Numbered from the stretch's first letter, positions 38,941 to 50,021 are shown. The stretch is 64,000 bases of DNA from an uncultured Gemmatimonadales bacterium (GCA_963701965.1 OY969695.1:1184001-1248000), one strand, 5' to 3'. Numbers and translations: made by a program. The notes: generated from the sequence alone by a model not told the origin.

Positions 38941-40881
38941 ATGTCAGCTGCGGCAGCATCGTCGTCCATCACGTGGGAGCAGTATAACGAAACGGGGCGT
39001 CGTTTGTTCGCCGAAGGGGATTTGGCGGGCGCCGAAGACGCATTCGTAGCGGCGATCGCGGAAGCCGAGCGTGGGGGCGGTGATCCGCTGCAGTTGGCCT
39101 CCAGTCTGGGGAATCTGGCCCAGCTCAAATACCAGCAGAAAGATCACCTGCGCGCCGAGGAATTGTTCCGGCGTTCGCTGGAGCTGCGGGAGCAAAGCCT
39201 CGGCGGGGACCACCCCAGCGTTCTCACGAGCATCAACAATTTGGCGGCGCTGTACGTCTCGCGCGGAGCGTTGGACGAGGCCGAGCCGTTGCTCAAGCGC
39301 GCCATGACGGCGAGCGCCAAGCGGGTGGACTCGGCCCAGACCGATCTTGGCGTCAATCTGAACAACCTGGCCAGACTGTACTTCAAGCGCGGCGATTATC
39401 GGCAGGCCGAGCCGCTGCTCGTGCAGCTTCTGACGCTCAAGCGCCCCTACGGGCCGGAGCATCCGGAAGTGGCGACGGTGCTGGTGAGTCTGGCGAAGGT
39501 GCGCCATTCGCTCGGCAAGCCCGATCAGGCCGAGCGGCTGTGGCGCCGCGTGCTGATCGTCCGCGAACGGCAATTACCGGCGAGCGACCCGGCGGTGCTG
39601 CAAGCCATGGACGGCCTGGCGGATTCTCTGGCCGCGTTGGGCAAGCATGCCGCCGCGCTGGATCTCCGGGAGCGGGCGCTCAAGCAACGCGAAGAGAGCA
39701 TGGGGGCCAATCACCCGACCGTGTCCCAGCAGCGGGTCAAGGTCGAGGAATCACGCGCCGCCACCGCGGCCGTCATCGCCGGCACAACTATACCGATCAA
39801 GCCGCGACGGCCGCCCTCGGCGGAGCAGAAGGCGATTGCTCCCGCCGCCAAGGCCGAGTTGGAGATCACCGAGGCGTGGGCGGACGACCCGGCGCTCCCG
39901 CCACCGCGCGAGACGCGGGTGTCGGAAGCGGTGAAAGTCGTCAAGCATGCTGACGTTCCCGAGCCTGCTGTCAACGCCGCCGAAGTGAAGGCTCCCGAGC
40001 CACCGAAAGTCGTCGAGCCCCCGAAAGTCGTCGAGCCACCGAAAGTCGTCGAGCCACCGAAAGTCGTCGAGATTCCGAAAGTCATCGAAGCTTCGAAAGT
40101 CTTCGAAACTCCGAAGGTCATTGAGGCGCCAAAGGTTATCGCGGCCCCCACGGTCGTCGACATGCCCAAGGCCGTCGAGCCCAAGGTCGTCGAAGCGCCA
40201 AAGGCCGCGGAAGCGCCGAAGGCTGTCGAGCTGCCGAAGGCCGAGTTGCCAAAGGCGATCGAGCCAGCCGCCGCCCAGCCCACCGCCTTGGCCGTCGACG
40301 TCGACTGGGTCGAGCATCCGCTCGCTCCGCAGCGCAAGGGCAAAGTCGGCGGATTCGACAAATACGGCGAACCCAATCGGGGCCGGACCTACGGTCTGGT
40401 TGCCGCGGCCGGCATTGCGTGCTTCGCGCTCGGGAGCCTGGTTGTCATCCCCAGGCTCCGGAGCCACAGGTCCCCCGCCCTAGCCGCGCAGGCACCGGCG
40501 CGTGCCGTTTCGGCCACGCCCCGCCCGGTAATGGCCGAGCCGGTGTCCCAGTCGATCACCCCGGCCCCAGCACCAGCCCCAACTGCCCCGGTCAAACCAA
40601 CGCCCTCCGACACCCGTACGGCCGAGGGCTTCTCGGCCCACATGGGCCCATCCGAGGGGTCCGCCGAGACCGCCGATTCGTCGGGCGAGCATGCCCACGC
40701 GACGCCGAGTCGGACATCAAGCAAGGCCCCCCAGCACCCCGTCGCGCCTGATGCGGCCCCGACGGACGTCGCGCTCCCGACGGCGCCGAACGTGAACCTC
40801 GATCAGGCGACAACGGCCATCGACTCGTCGGCCAAGACCCTGAAGAAGAAAAAAGACTCGTTACCGCCCCCAAGCTTCTAG
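38941..40881 (+). CDS. TPR protein with P/E/V/K-rich linker, TM helix and Pro-rich tail
   Basis: SLGNLA/SINNLA/NLNNLA repeats with HP.V linkers; AGGAG RBS. Confidence 0.88.
   Translation: MSAAAASSSITWEQYNETGRRLFAEGDLAGAEDAFVAAIAEAERGGGDPLQLASSLGNLAQLKYQQKDHLRAEELFRRSLELREQSLGGDHPSVLTSINNLAALYVSRGALDEAEPLLKRAMTASAKRVDSAQTDLGVNLNNLARLYFKRGDYRQAEPLLVQLLTLKRPYGPEHPEVATVLVSLAKVRHSLGKPDQAERLWRRVLIVRERQLPASDPAVLQAMDGLADSLAALGKHAAALDLRERALKQREESMGANHPTVSQQRVKVEESRAATAAVIAGTTIPIKPRRPPSAEQKAIAPAAKAELEITEAWADDPALPPPRETRVSEAVKVVKHADVPEPAVNAAEVKAPEPPKVVEPPKVVEPPKVVEPPKVVEIPKVIEASKVFETPKVIEAPKVIAAPTVVDMPKAVEPKVVEAPKAAEAPKAVELPKAELPKAIEPAAAQPTALAVDVDWVEHPLAPQRKGKVGGFDKYGEPNRGRTYGLVAAAGIACFALGSLVVIPRLRSHRSPALAAQAPARAVSATPRPVMAEPVSQSITPAPAPAPTAPVKPTPSDTRTAEGFSAHMGPSEGSAETADSSGEHAHATPSRTSSKAPQHPVAPDAAPTDVALPTAPNVNLDQATTAIDSSAKTLKKKKDSLPPPSF
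39997..40176 (+). repeat. Coding 18-bp tandem repeat (EPPKVV), about 10 decaying units
   Basis: GAGCCACCGAAAGTCGTC x4 near-perfect, then diverging. Confidence 0.9.
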
Positions 40882-41025
40882 TAAACAAGCATTTGGGGCT
40901 ATCACCGCATTGCCCCGGGCGCTGGCGGAACGTTTCTTACAGTGGTGGTGTGCACCACTTAGCAACCGGAGCTGTTGAAGGACCTGTAGACTCGCGGCAA
41001 CACCGTGGGCCACAGGTTCACGCGC

Positions 41026-41817
41026 ATGCCGACTTTCCGTCTACCATCTTTGGACCCGATTTGGCTGTACGCCGCCGGCGCGGTCGTTGTCGTCGCAATT
41101 CTGTTCGGTGCGGCGACCGCCATCGCGCGGTTTCGTCGCGCGCGGCGCGAGCTGCCCCTGCCCGACCCCGTGCAGCTGGTGATCCCTGTGCAGCGGCGTG
41201 GCTTCTCCGATATCCCGGCGATGCCCAAGCTGCGCGTGAGCGATCCATTTCGCGTTGAACCCAGCCGTATAGAAGGCCCGACCCGCCCCGCCGGCACCAC
41301 GCCGCCGCCAACGCCGTTCCCACCCGGCATCCAGCCCGAGACGCAGGCGCAAGCTGTGGCGTCGCCTCCCGAGCCGCCGCATACGACGAACGGCACCGGG
41401 ATGCCCTCGCGCAACGGCAACGGAGGCCACGGTCCGCCGACGCCCAAGGTCATACAGACTGTCGCGCCGACCGAGGGCACCCTGCAGTTTCTCCCGGGGC
41501 GCCTCGAGGTCATCGACGGCGATGTGCCGGGACGCGACATCCGGTTCGTGCGCACGTGGGGTGAGATTCCCGAGGTCACGTTCGGCCGGGTCGCCGGTCC
41601 GCCGTACCGGCACATCCAGCTCCGGTCGCAGACGGTGAGCCGGCAGCACGCGCGGATGCAGTACGTCGATGCCCGGTGGAAGCTCACGAACTTGTCGCAG
41701 ACGAATCCGGTCGTGGTGAACGGGCAGGCGCTGGATACGGCCCACGGCCAGCGCGTGCTGCACGACGGCGATGAGATCGAGATGGGGGATGTCCTCTTCC
41801 GCTTCCGCGAGCGGTAG
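41026..41817 (+). CDS. Membrane-anchored FHA domain protein
   Basis: N-terminal TM; FGR...VSRQHA...SQTNPVVVNG...GDEIEMG. Confidence 0.9.
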   Translation: MPTFRLPSLDPIWLYAAGAVVVVAILFGAATAIARFRRARRELPLPDPVQLVIPVQRRGFSDIPAMPKLRVSDPFRVEPSRIEGPTRPAGTTPPPTPFPPGIQPETQAQAVASPPEPPHTTNGTGMPSRNGNGGHGPPTPKVIQTVAPTEGTLQFLPGRLEVIDGDVPGRDIRFVRTWGEIPEVTFGRVAGPPYRHIQLRSQTVSRQHARMQYVDARWKLTNLSQTNPVVVNGQALDTAHGQRVLHDGDEIEMGDVLFRFRER

Positions 41818-41821
41818 GCGA

Positions 41822-44382
41822 TTGGCCGAAGAAGCGACGCTCGTCGAGATCCGCGAGCTCGAGGCCGACTACGAGATCCTGGGTGAGCTCGGCCGCGGGG
41901 GGATGTCGATCGTGTACCTGGCCCGCGACCGCGAGCTGGGACGGGACGTCGCCATCAAGGTCATTCACACGGCGTCGAGCGTCGACGACGAGACCATCGC
42001 GCGCCAGCTCAACGAAGCGCGCACGGTCGCGCAGCTGCAGCACCCGAACGTCGTCTCCATCCACGCCGTCAAGCGCCTGAGCACGCGCGGCCTCGCCCTC
42101 GTCATGCAGTACATCCCGGGGCGGAGTCTGGAGCGCGCCATCCACGAAGATGGGCCGTTCGCCCCCGAGCGCGCCGAGTCCATCCTGACCGATATCGCGG
42201 CGGCGCTGGCGTATGCCCACGCCCGCGGCGTCGTCCACCGCGACATCAAGCCCGAGAACATCTTCCTCAACGAAGAGACCGGGCGCGCGCTCCTGTCCGA
42301 CTTCGGTATCGCGCTCTCCGCGGAGATGCGCCAACAGCGGGCCAGCGCCGACCTCCTGGTCGGCACGCCGGCCTACATGTCGCCAGAACAGATCGACGGA
42401 CAGCCCCTCGACGGGCGCAGCGATCTCTTTGGCTTGGGACTCGTCGGCTACGAGATGCTCGTGGGCGTGCGGCCGTGGGTGGACATGAACGTCGCCGATG
42501 TGATGTACCGGCAGAAGTTCGATCCGCTGCCGGCGATCGCGGGAGTGCGCGGCGACGTGCCGTCCCGTCTGATCATGGTGCTGGAACGTTCGCTGGAAAA
42601 GGATCGGGCGGTGCGCTGGGAGAGCGCCCAGGCGTTTCTGAGCGCGCTGTCGGACGACGAGTGGGTGCGCGAGCGCGGCGGCGCGCAGTCCGGCGCCCCG
42701 CCCAATCGCGTCGCGGCGCACCTCGGTCCGATTGGCGTCCCGACGCCCCAATCGCCGATGCCCCAGCTCCATACCGTACAGTACCGGCGCGCCGGACAGC
42801 CCGTGCCGACGCCGGCCGAGCCGTTCGATCCGCTGCCCGATCTGTCGCTCATCCCCATGCCGCCGCCCGCGCGGCGGGTGTGGCCACTGGCGGTCGGTCT
42901 CGGGGTTGCGGCGCTCGTCGTGGTCGGCGTGGCCGCGGTGGTGATCAATCCCGATCTCCTCGCCGGCAACCGGGCCACGCGCCCGACCGACTTGCGCTCG
43001 GACAGCTTGCAGCGGGCCGCGCTGACCGCGCTCCGCGATTCGGCGGCGCGCGCGGGGAACGAGGCCGCCCGGCGCGCCGCCGACAGCGCGGCGGCCGCCA
43101 CCGCCGCCGCCGACTCGATGGCCGCCGCCCGACTGGTGGCGGCCCGCGACTCCGAGACGCAACTGCTGGCGCAGCAAGCGAAGAAAACACCCGCGCCACC
43201 GGTGGCCGCGCCGCCGACGCCGGCGCCAGCACCGACTCCGACTCCGCCACCAAGTCCCGTCGCATCAGCCCCCCCCCCGCGGCAGCGCCCACGGTGGCCC
43301 CGGTGACGGGCGCCATCATCCATCCGCCCGCCCTCTCACCGGTAGCCGCGGGCGGACTCCACACCTGTCTCCTCGATGCCCGCGGCAGCACCCTGTGCTG
43401 GGGCAACAACGACCGGGGCCAGCTCGGGACCGGGTCGACGGCTCGGCTGGCGGGTGCCGTGCACATCGATGGCGACATGCAGTTCACGCAGATCGCCGCG
43501 GGGACGGACCACACGTGCGGCGTGACCCGGGTCGGCGCGGTCTACTGCTGGGGCAGCAACGAATCCGGGCAGCTGGGGACCGGGGATGGCGCCAACCACG
43601 CGGCACCAACGAAAGTCGCGGGCGACCACCTATTTCACATCGTGGAAACCGGCAATGGCTACACGTGCGCCCTCTCGGCGGCCGGCGACGCGTGGTGTTG
43701 GGGGCGCAACCTGTACGGCGAGCTGGGAAACGGCAGCACCAACAACAGCAACGTACCGGTGAAAGTCGCCAGTGGCGCCCACTTCGCGGTCCTGACGGCC
43801 GGCGCCCACCACGCCTGCGCGCTGGACCAAGTCGGACAGTCCTACTGCTGGGGCCAGAACACATATGGTCAGCTTGGCGACGGCACGCATATCGTGCGCG
43901 CGGCGCCCACGGCGATTCTCGGCGGGATCGCGTTCCGGGCGATCGCCGCGGGGGGATACCATACGTGCGCGCTCACCACGGCGGGCCAGACCTACTGTTG
44001 GGGGCGCAACAGCTACGGTCAGCTGGGTATTCCCGACGGACAGGAACACGACTTGCCAACAGCACTCAAGAGCCCGGTCGGATTCATGACGCTGACGGCC
44101 GGACTCGTACACACTTGTGCGCTCACGTCGGGTGGCGATGCCTATTGCTGGGGGCGCAACACGTACGGGCAACTGGGTGACGGTTCAATGATCGATCGGA
44201 ACACACCGGTGCGCGTCTCGACGACGCAAACGCTGGCGGCAATACACGCCAGCGGGTCGCACACGTGCGCGGTGACCGGCGCCGGCGCTACGCTGTGCTG
44301 GGGCTACAACAGCGACGGGCAATTGGACGACGGCACGACCAGCCACCGGTCGGAACCGGTGGCCATTACCGGTGCACGATAA
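41822..44382 (+). CDS. Transmembrane Ser/Thr kinase with C-terminal RCC1 repeats, split at a C10 run (43269-43278)
   Basis: GRGGMS, VAIK, HRDIKPEN, DFG, GTPAYMSPE; TM helix; seven CWG.N..G(Q/E)L repeats in the next frame; one extra C fuses them. Confidence 0.85.
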
Positions 44383-47300
44383 ACGCGTCGTCGGCGCCTA
44401 CTGGCGCCGGGTGGCGGGCGTCGCCGTCGTTCTGACTGGCGTCGGCATCGCCTATGCGTGCTCGGACTCCAGCGCGCCGAACACGCATGGCGTGACCAAT
44501 GTGGTCCTGACGCCAGACACGGTGGCGCTGGTCGAGGACTCCACAGCGCAGCTCTCGGCGCAGCCCGTCAGTAGCAGCGGGACCGCGGTCGGCGGGCTGC
44601 CGGTCTTTTGGTCGTCCAGCGACTCGCTCACCGTCTCCGTCTCCCAGTCCGGCGTGATCAAAGGGTTGCGGCTGGGCACGGCGTCCATCGCGGCCAGTGC
44701 CCTCGGGGTGTCGAGCAAGCACCCGGCGCAGGTCACGGTCATCCAGACGCCCGTGGCCACGCTCGTCGTGGCGCCGTCCGGCGTGACGCTCCGCGTGGGG
44801 AACGCCTTCCAATTCAGCGATACCGCCAAGGACGCGAACGGCAACGTGCTCACGGGCCGGACGGTGACCTGGCTCAGCAGCGATACGAACATTGCGCCAA
44901 TCGACCAATCCGGCCTCGTGATCGCGCGGAAAGCCGGGACGACGGTCATCACGGCGCGATCCGGCGGCGCCACCGGCACCGCGACGGTCACGGTGAGCAG
45001 CGTGCCGGTGAAGAAGATCGTGATCGCGCCGGCGCATCCCACCGTCGTCCTCCACGAAGAGACGCAGCTTAGCGCGACGACGCAGGATTCGGCGGGAAAC
45101 ATCCTCTCGGGTCGGGCGGTCACCTGGACGTCGCGCAACACCAGCATCGCGACCGTCGACCCGGCGACTGGCCTCGTCACCGGCGTGGCCGTCGGGGCGG
45201 ACTCGATCATCGCGACGAGTGAGAGTGTCAGCGCCGGCGTGTCGGTCACGGTGCAGGCGATTCCGATCAATGCCGTTTTGTTGTCGCCGCAGACGGCGAA
45301 TCTCCTCATTGGACAGGGTCAGACGCTGACGGCGACCGTGACGGACAATACCGGAACGCCGATTCCGAACGCGACGGTCACATTCAGTAGCGGCACACCC
45401 GCCGTCGCGACGGTCACGTCGACCGGGGCGCTCACGGCCACGGTCACGGCGGTGGCGGCCGGGACGGCGAAGATCACGGGGACGTCGGGCACGCAGAGCG
45501 GGACGTCGACCATCACGGTCGGCACGGTGCCCGTGCGATCGGTCGTGGTGACGCCGGCCAACGACACGATCACACAAGGCGGCACGGTGCAGCTCACCGC
45601 CACGCCGAAGGATTCGGTGGGCAACACGCTCACCGGTCGCACCGCGACGTGGAGCTCGAGCAACGCCGGCGTCGCCAAGGTCTCGACGACCGGTCTCGTG
45701 ACCGGCGTGGCGCCGGGCACCACCGCGATCTTCGCCACGATCGGCGGCGTGCAGGGCAATGCGACCGTCACGATTCGTCAGATTCCCGTCGGATCGGTGA
45801 CGATCACACCGGCGGTCGACACCGTGAGCGTGAGCTCCCAACGTCAGCTATCGGTCGTCGTCAAAGACTCAATCGGGAATACGCTCAATTCGCCGAGCGT
45901 CACCTGGTCGTCATCGAACAGTGGCGTCGCGTTCGTCAACGGCTCGGGTCTCGTGCTGGGTGTCGGTACAGGGACCGCACGGATCATTGCGCAGAGCGGC
46001 ACAAAGGCGGACACCAATACCACGGTGGTCGTTACTGCTCAGGTTGCGCACGTCACGATCAATCCCGCGGGTCCCAGCAGTGTCGTGGCAGGTCAGTCCC
46101 TGAAGCTGCAGGCTACGCTGACCGACGCGAACAACAATGCGCTTCCGGGTCAAGCCGTAACCTGGTCGTCGTCAGCGCCGGGAACAGCGACCGTGACCGC
46201 GGGCGCTGCGACGACCGGAGGCCCCGATACCGCCACAGCCACCGGTGTTGCCGCCGGACCCGTGACCATCACGGCGACGGCGGCGAACAACGTATCAGAC
46301 ACCCTGCAACTCACGGTGACGCCGTCCGTGACGGGCATCTCTCTGACACCGAACCCGGTCAACGTGCACGTGGCGTTTACGCAGCAGGTGAGCGCACAGG
46401 TGTTCGGGCCGTCGGGGCAGATCACCAATCCGCAAATCACATGGGCCACAAAGTCCGGCGGGACCACGGCTAGCGTCAACGCGACGGGACTCGTTCGCGG
46501 GGTTGCAGTCGGCACGGACACTCTCATTGTGACCAGCGGCGGCACCACCGCGCGGGAAGGGATCAACGTCTCCGCCGCGCCTGTCGACTCCGTCGCCGTG
46601 AGCCCGGCCACGTCGACCATCAACGAGTCGCAAACGCAACAGTTGACGGCAACGACTTTCGACTCATTGCACAACCAGCTCACGGGTCGGCCCGTGACTT
46701 GGTCCTCGAACAACGCGTCGCTGGCGACCGTGAGCACTTCAGGCCTCGTCACGCCCGCGGGTGGCACTGGGAACACGGGTACCGCCACGATTACCGCGAC
46801 GAGCGGCAGCGCATCGGCAACGGCGACGGTGACTATCACCGCGATTCCCGTGACCGGCGTCGTGGTCGCCCCGCCGAGCGCAACGATCTACGCGTCGGGC
46901 GCGTCGAGCACGCAGCAGTTCACCGCGACCACGACGCCCACTGGCCAGCCGGTGACGTGGGGCACGACCGCCGCTGGAGTCGTGGGCGTCGGCTCGACGA
47001 CCGGTCTCGCCACGGGCGCCGGCTATGGCACGGCGACGATCACGGCGACGAGCACGACGAGTCCGGGCGCATCCGGGAACGCGGGGGTCACCGTGATCGG
47101 GCACGTCGCGACGGTGACGGTCGGTCCGCCCGGCACTTGCCCGGTGCAGTTGAGCACGACGCTCAATCCCGGAGGCACGACGCAACTCACCGTCACGTTC
47201 CAGGACATCTCCAGCGTCGACATCTCGGGTCAGCCACAACCGGTGACGTGGACATCGTCCGACTTCAGTCAGGTCGCGATCAACGGCGGCTCTTCGCCCG

Positions 47301-47437
47301 TCACCGTCAATCCGGCCAACTCGGCGTCCGTGGTCATCGGCCTCGGCACCGCGCCAGGCCTCGGCAACTCGGCGACGATCACGGCCACGTCGCTCAATGG
47401 CACGAGCGGATCCTGCACGGTGAACCTGGGCCTGTGA
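44372..47437 (+). CDS. Large Big_2 (Ig-like) repeat protein, probable lipoprotein
   Basis: AYAC lipobox-like site; about 10-11 repeats of VTWSSS..VATV..GLVTG. Confidence 0.9.
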   Translation: MHDKRVVGAYWRRVAGVAVVLTGVGIAYACSDSSAPNTHGVTNVVLTPDTVALVEDSTAQLSAQPVSSSGTAVGGLPVFWSSSDSLTVSVSQSGVIKGLRLGTASIAASALGVSSKHPAQVTVIQTPVATLVVAPSGVTLRVGNAFQFSDTAKDANGNVLTGRTVTWLSSDTNIAPIDQSGLVIARKAGTTVITARSGGATGTATVTVSSVPVKKIVIAPAHPTVVLHEETQLSATTQDSAGNILSGRAVTWTSRNTSIATVDPATGLVTGVAVGADSIIATSESVSAGVSVTVQAIPINAVLLSPQTANLLIGQGQTLTATVTDNTGTPIPNATVTFSSGTPAVATVTSTGALTATVTAVAAGTAKITGTSGTQSGTSTITVGTVPVRSVVVTPANDTITQGGTVQLTATPKDSVGNTLTGRTATWSSSNAGVAKVSTTGLVTGVAPGTTAIFATIGGVQGNATVTIRQIPVGSVTITPAVDTVSVSSQRQLSVVVKDSIGNTLNSPSVTWSSSNSGVAFVNGSGLVLGVGTGTARIIAQSGTKADTNTTVVVTAQVAHVTINPAGPSSVVAGQSLKLQATLTDANNNALPGQAVTWSSSAPGTATVTAGAATTGGPDTATATGVAAGPVTITATAANNVSDTLQLTVTPSVTGISLTPNPVNVHVAFTQQVSAQVFGPSGQITNPQITWATKSGGTTASVNATGLVRGVAVGTDTLIVTSGGTTAREGINVSAAPVDSVAVSPATSTINESQTQQLTATTFDSLHNQLTGRPVTWSSNNASLATVSTSGLVTPAGGTGNTGTATITATSGSASATATVTITAIPVTGVVVAPPSATIYASGASSTQQFTATTTPTGQPVTWGTTAAGVVGVGSTTGLATGAGYGTATITATSTTSPGASGNAGVTVIGHVATVTVGPPGTCPVQLSTTLNPGGTTQLTVTFQDISSVDISGQPQPVTWTSSDFSQVAINGGSSPVTVNPANSASVVIGLGTAPGLGNSATITATSLNGTSGSCTVNLGL

Positions 47438-47442
47438 GTACG

Positions 47443-48570
47443 ATGAGCCGCCGATTGCTCTCCGCCGCGAGCGTGATCTCGACGATCGCCCTCGGCCGCG
47501 CGGCCGCCGCGCAGGACCTGCCGCTCAAACGCACTCCGCCGGCGGCGACGGTCGTGGCCTGCCCGGCGTTCACGGCGCCGGCCACACCGGTGCGCGCGCA
47601 GATCGATGAGTCGAACCGCCTGGCCACGCTGGGGCAGGAAGCGGCGATCGAAGGCGATCACGCGTCGGCCCGCGGATTGTTCCAGCAAGCGGCGCAGATC
47701 AATCAGTCGGACGCCAGTCTCGCTTTTCGTCTTGCCCACGAGCAAGAGGAGATCGGCGACAAGGCGGCCGCGGTGCACGAGTACTGCCGCTATCTCTATT
47801 TGTCCCCGACCGCCGGCGACGCCACGCAGATCAATGACAAGATCAAGGGTCTGATCGCGGGCCCCGACCTGGCGCGCGGCACGGCGACGGTCAATGACTT
47901 CGCGACCGGGGTTCGTCAGTTCGACTCAGGGAGCTGGGGCAATGCCGCCGAGGCGTTCACGGCGGTCACCAACGCCGCGCCCGGATTCAGCGCCGCGTAC
48001 TACGATCGGGCCCTGGCCCGCGCGCACCAGCACAAACAAACCGCGGCGATTCAGGATTTCGAGCATTATCTCACCCTGGCACCCACCGCGTCGGATCGCC
48101 AAGCGGTGCGCCAGCGCGAGCTCGAGCTGCGCCACTCGCTGCCCAGCGCGTCGAAGGCATTCTGGATCGGACTTCTGCCCGGCGGCGGCCAATACTACAC
48201 CGGCCAGCCGCTCCTCGGCGTGGTCGTGACCGGCCTCGCCGGCGGCGCGGTCGTCTGGGGCATCCAGTCGCAGACCGTCACCAAGACCGGCAACTTCATC
48301 GACGCCAACGGGCGCCCGTACACCCAGACCTTCCAGGCGACCGAGCACCAGCATCTGGCCGCCGGGATCGGAGCCGCGGCTGCCGTCACGTTGCTCGGGG
48401 CCGTCGAAGCGGCCGTCGTGGCCCACAACCGGTCGAGTGGACTGCCGCCGCTCGCCGACAGCACGGTGGCCAGCACGTCATCGGGCGCGTTGCCGCCGCG
48501 TTTCCGCCCGCCGTCCGTCGTGACCGCGGGCGGCCGCCTCGGGCTCGCCCTCAACGTCGAGTTCCGCTAG
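47443..48570 (+). CDS. Exported TPR protein with C-terminal membrane segment
   Basis: Signal peptide; YCRYLYLSP, AYYDRALA, FEHYLTLAP; LLPGGGQYYTG. Confidence 0.8.
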   Translation: MSRRLLSAASVISTIALGRAAAAQDLPLKRTPPAATVVACPAFTAPATPVRAQIDESNRLATLGQEAAIEGDHASARGLFQQAAQINQSDASLAFRLAHEQEEIGDKAAAVHEYCRYLYLSPTAGDATQINDKIKGLIAGPDLARGTATVNDFATGVRQFDSGSWGNAAEAFTAVTNAAPGFSAAYYDRALARAHQHKQTAAIQDFEHYLTLAPTASDRQAVRQRELELRHSLPSASKAFWIGLLPGGGQYYTGQPLLGVVVTGLAGGAVVWGIQSQTVTKTGNFIDANGRPYTQTFQATEHQHLAAGIGAAAAVTLLGAVEAAVVAHNRSSGLPPLADSTVASTSSGALPPRFRPPSVVTAGGRLGLALNVEFR

Positions 48571-49353
48571 TTAGAGACGGCCCATGTTCCAGGTCAGGCC
48601 CGCGTAGACGTACGACGTCTGCGGGCCGCGGAGCGTCGGACTGACTCCGGCATCGAACACCAGAAACTTGTAGGCCGTGAACGTGGGGCCGGTCAGGCAG
48701 GCCACGATCGGCCGCTGACCCGACACGCCACCGGTGCCCGGCAGACCCGACACCTCGCCCGTCCATCCGAAGGGACCCAGGATCGTGACGCCGCTGGACA
48801 CGGTCCACAACGTGGCCGTCCGCGCCGCCCGCGTCCCGCTCCCCGTGCGGTGCGTGTATCCGACGTTCACATCGAGCGACAGCGGACCGAAGTCGTGACT
48901 GGAGATGAGCAAGAGCCCGACATCGGTGGTGCCGGTGCTGGTACCCCCGACGCCGGTGGGCACCTTCACACTGGGCAGCACGGCGAAGTCTCCCACGAGC
49001 GGAGCGTCATCGACGAGGCGCCACTTGAGGCCCACCGCCGCGTCGCCCAATCCCTCCGAATGCATCCCCAGGCCGGTCGTGGCCTGCCAGTTGAGAATGA
49101 GCGACAGCTGGACCCGCGGCGCGACGCCGAACTTCGTGACCGATGGCGTCAGCGTGGCCAGCCCCGTCCGCGCCTCGGCGCGTTGCAGGCCGAACTCCTC
49201 CTCGACCCATCCGGGCGCTACAGTGCCGGCATGCGTCGCCACGGTCGGCCGCTCCGGCTGGGCGCGATGAGGATCGACCGAATCCGCCGGCGTCTCCTGT
49301 GCGCCCGACCTAGTGGCGGCGAGCAGGAGCAACGCCGCCACGAGACGCCGCAC
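48571..49353 (-). CDS. Probable outer-membrane beta-barrel (transporter-like)
   Basis: Signal peptide, PERPTVAT, GLGDAAVGLKW, alternating strands. Confidence 0.65.
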   Translation of the reverse strand: MRRLVAALLLLAATRSGAQETPADSVDPHRAQPERPTVATHAGTVAPGWVEEEFGLQRAEARTGLATLTPSVTKFGVAPRVQLSLILNWQATTGLGMHSEGLGDAAVGLKWRLVDDAPLVGDFAVLPSVKVPTGVGGTSTGTTDVGLLLISSHDFGPLSLDVNVGYTHRTGSGTRAARTATLWTVSSGVTILGPFGWTGEVSGLPGTGGVSGQRPIVACLTGPTFTAYKFLVFDAGVSPTLRGPQTSYVYAGLTWNMGRL

Positions 49354-50021
49354 TATGGCGACCGCCGCGGCCGTTTGGGCGGCCGGTCGAGATCGGCCAG
49401 CCAGTCGGCGGCTCCCTGCACTTCGCCCGATGTCAGCGCGTGACCCGCTTCCTCCCACCGTACCGTCACGGCGGCACTCGCCGCGGCGAGAATGCGCAGC
49501 AACTCTTCGGTATTCTCGCGCCGCACAATCGGATCGACCCGCCCCGCCGAGACGTACACCGGCATGCCGTGCAGCGCCGGCAATGGATCGGGCACGAACG
49601 GGACCATGGGCCGGAACAACACGGCGCGCGCGAACACCCCAGGGTGTCGGAGAAAAGCGCTCGTCGCGATGTTCGCGCCGTTCGAATATCCGATCGCCAC
49701 GACGTGCGCGGGGTCGAACCCGTAGGCCTGCGCCGCCCGGGCCACGAACGCCGCCAACTCGTCGGTCCGGGCCGCGAGATCGGCCTGATCGAACACGCCG
49801 AGGGCCAGTCGCTTGAAAAAGCGCGGCGCTCCGTTCTCCAGCACTTTGCCGCGCGGACTCAAGAGCGCCGCGCCCGGCGCGACCGCGGCGCCAAGCGGAA
49901 GCAAATCCCGCTCGTCGCCCCCGGTCCCGTGGAGGACGAGCGCCGTCAGGTTGGAGTTCGGCCGGCCCGGTGCGAAGACATGGACGAAGCCAAGATCGGG
50001 ACGGACGCCCGGACCGGTCAC
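49353..50021 (-). CDS. Phospholipase/carboxylesterase (alpha/beta hydrolase)
   Basis: LHGTGGDE, GYSNG, GRVDP, GHAL. Confidence 0.92.
   Translation of the reverse strand: MTGPGVRPDLGFVHVFAPGRPNSNLTALVLHGTGGDERDLLPLGAAVAPGAALLSPRGKVLENGAPRFFKRLALGVFDQADLAARTDELAAFVARAAQAYGFDPAHVVAIGYSNGANIATSAFLRHPGVFARAVLFRPMVPFVPDPLPALHGMPVYVSAGRVDPIVRRENTEELLRILAAASAAVTVRWEEAGHALTSGEVQGAADWLADLDRPPKRPRRSP

Noticed and set aside
39997..40176. Possible CRISPR array
   Set aside because: Contiguous 18-bp in-frame coding units with no spacers; no cas genes in the window
38941..48570. Type VI secretion locus suggested by FHA plus kinase
   Set aside because: No sheath, Hcp, VgrG, baseplate or TssM-like genes are visible
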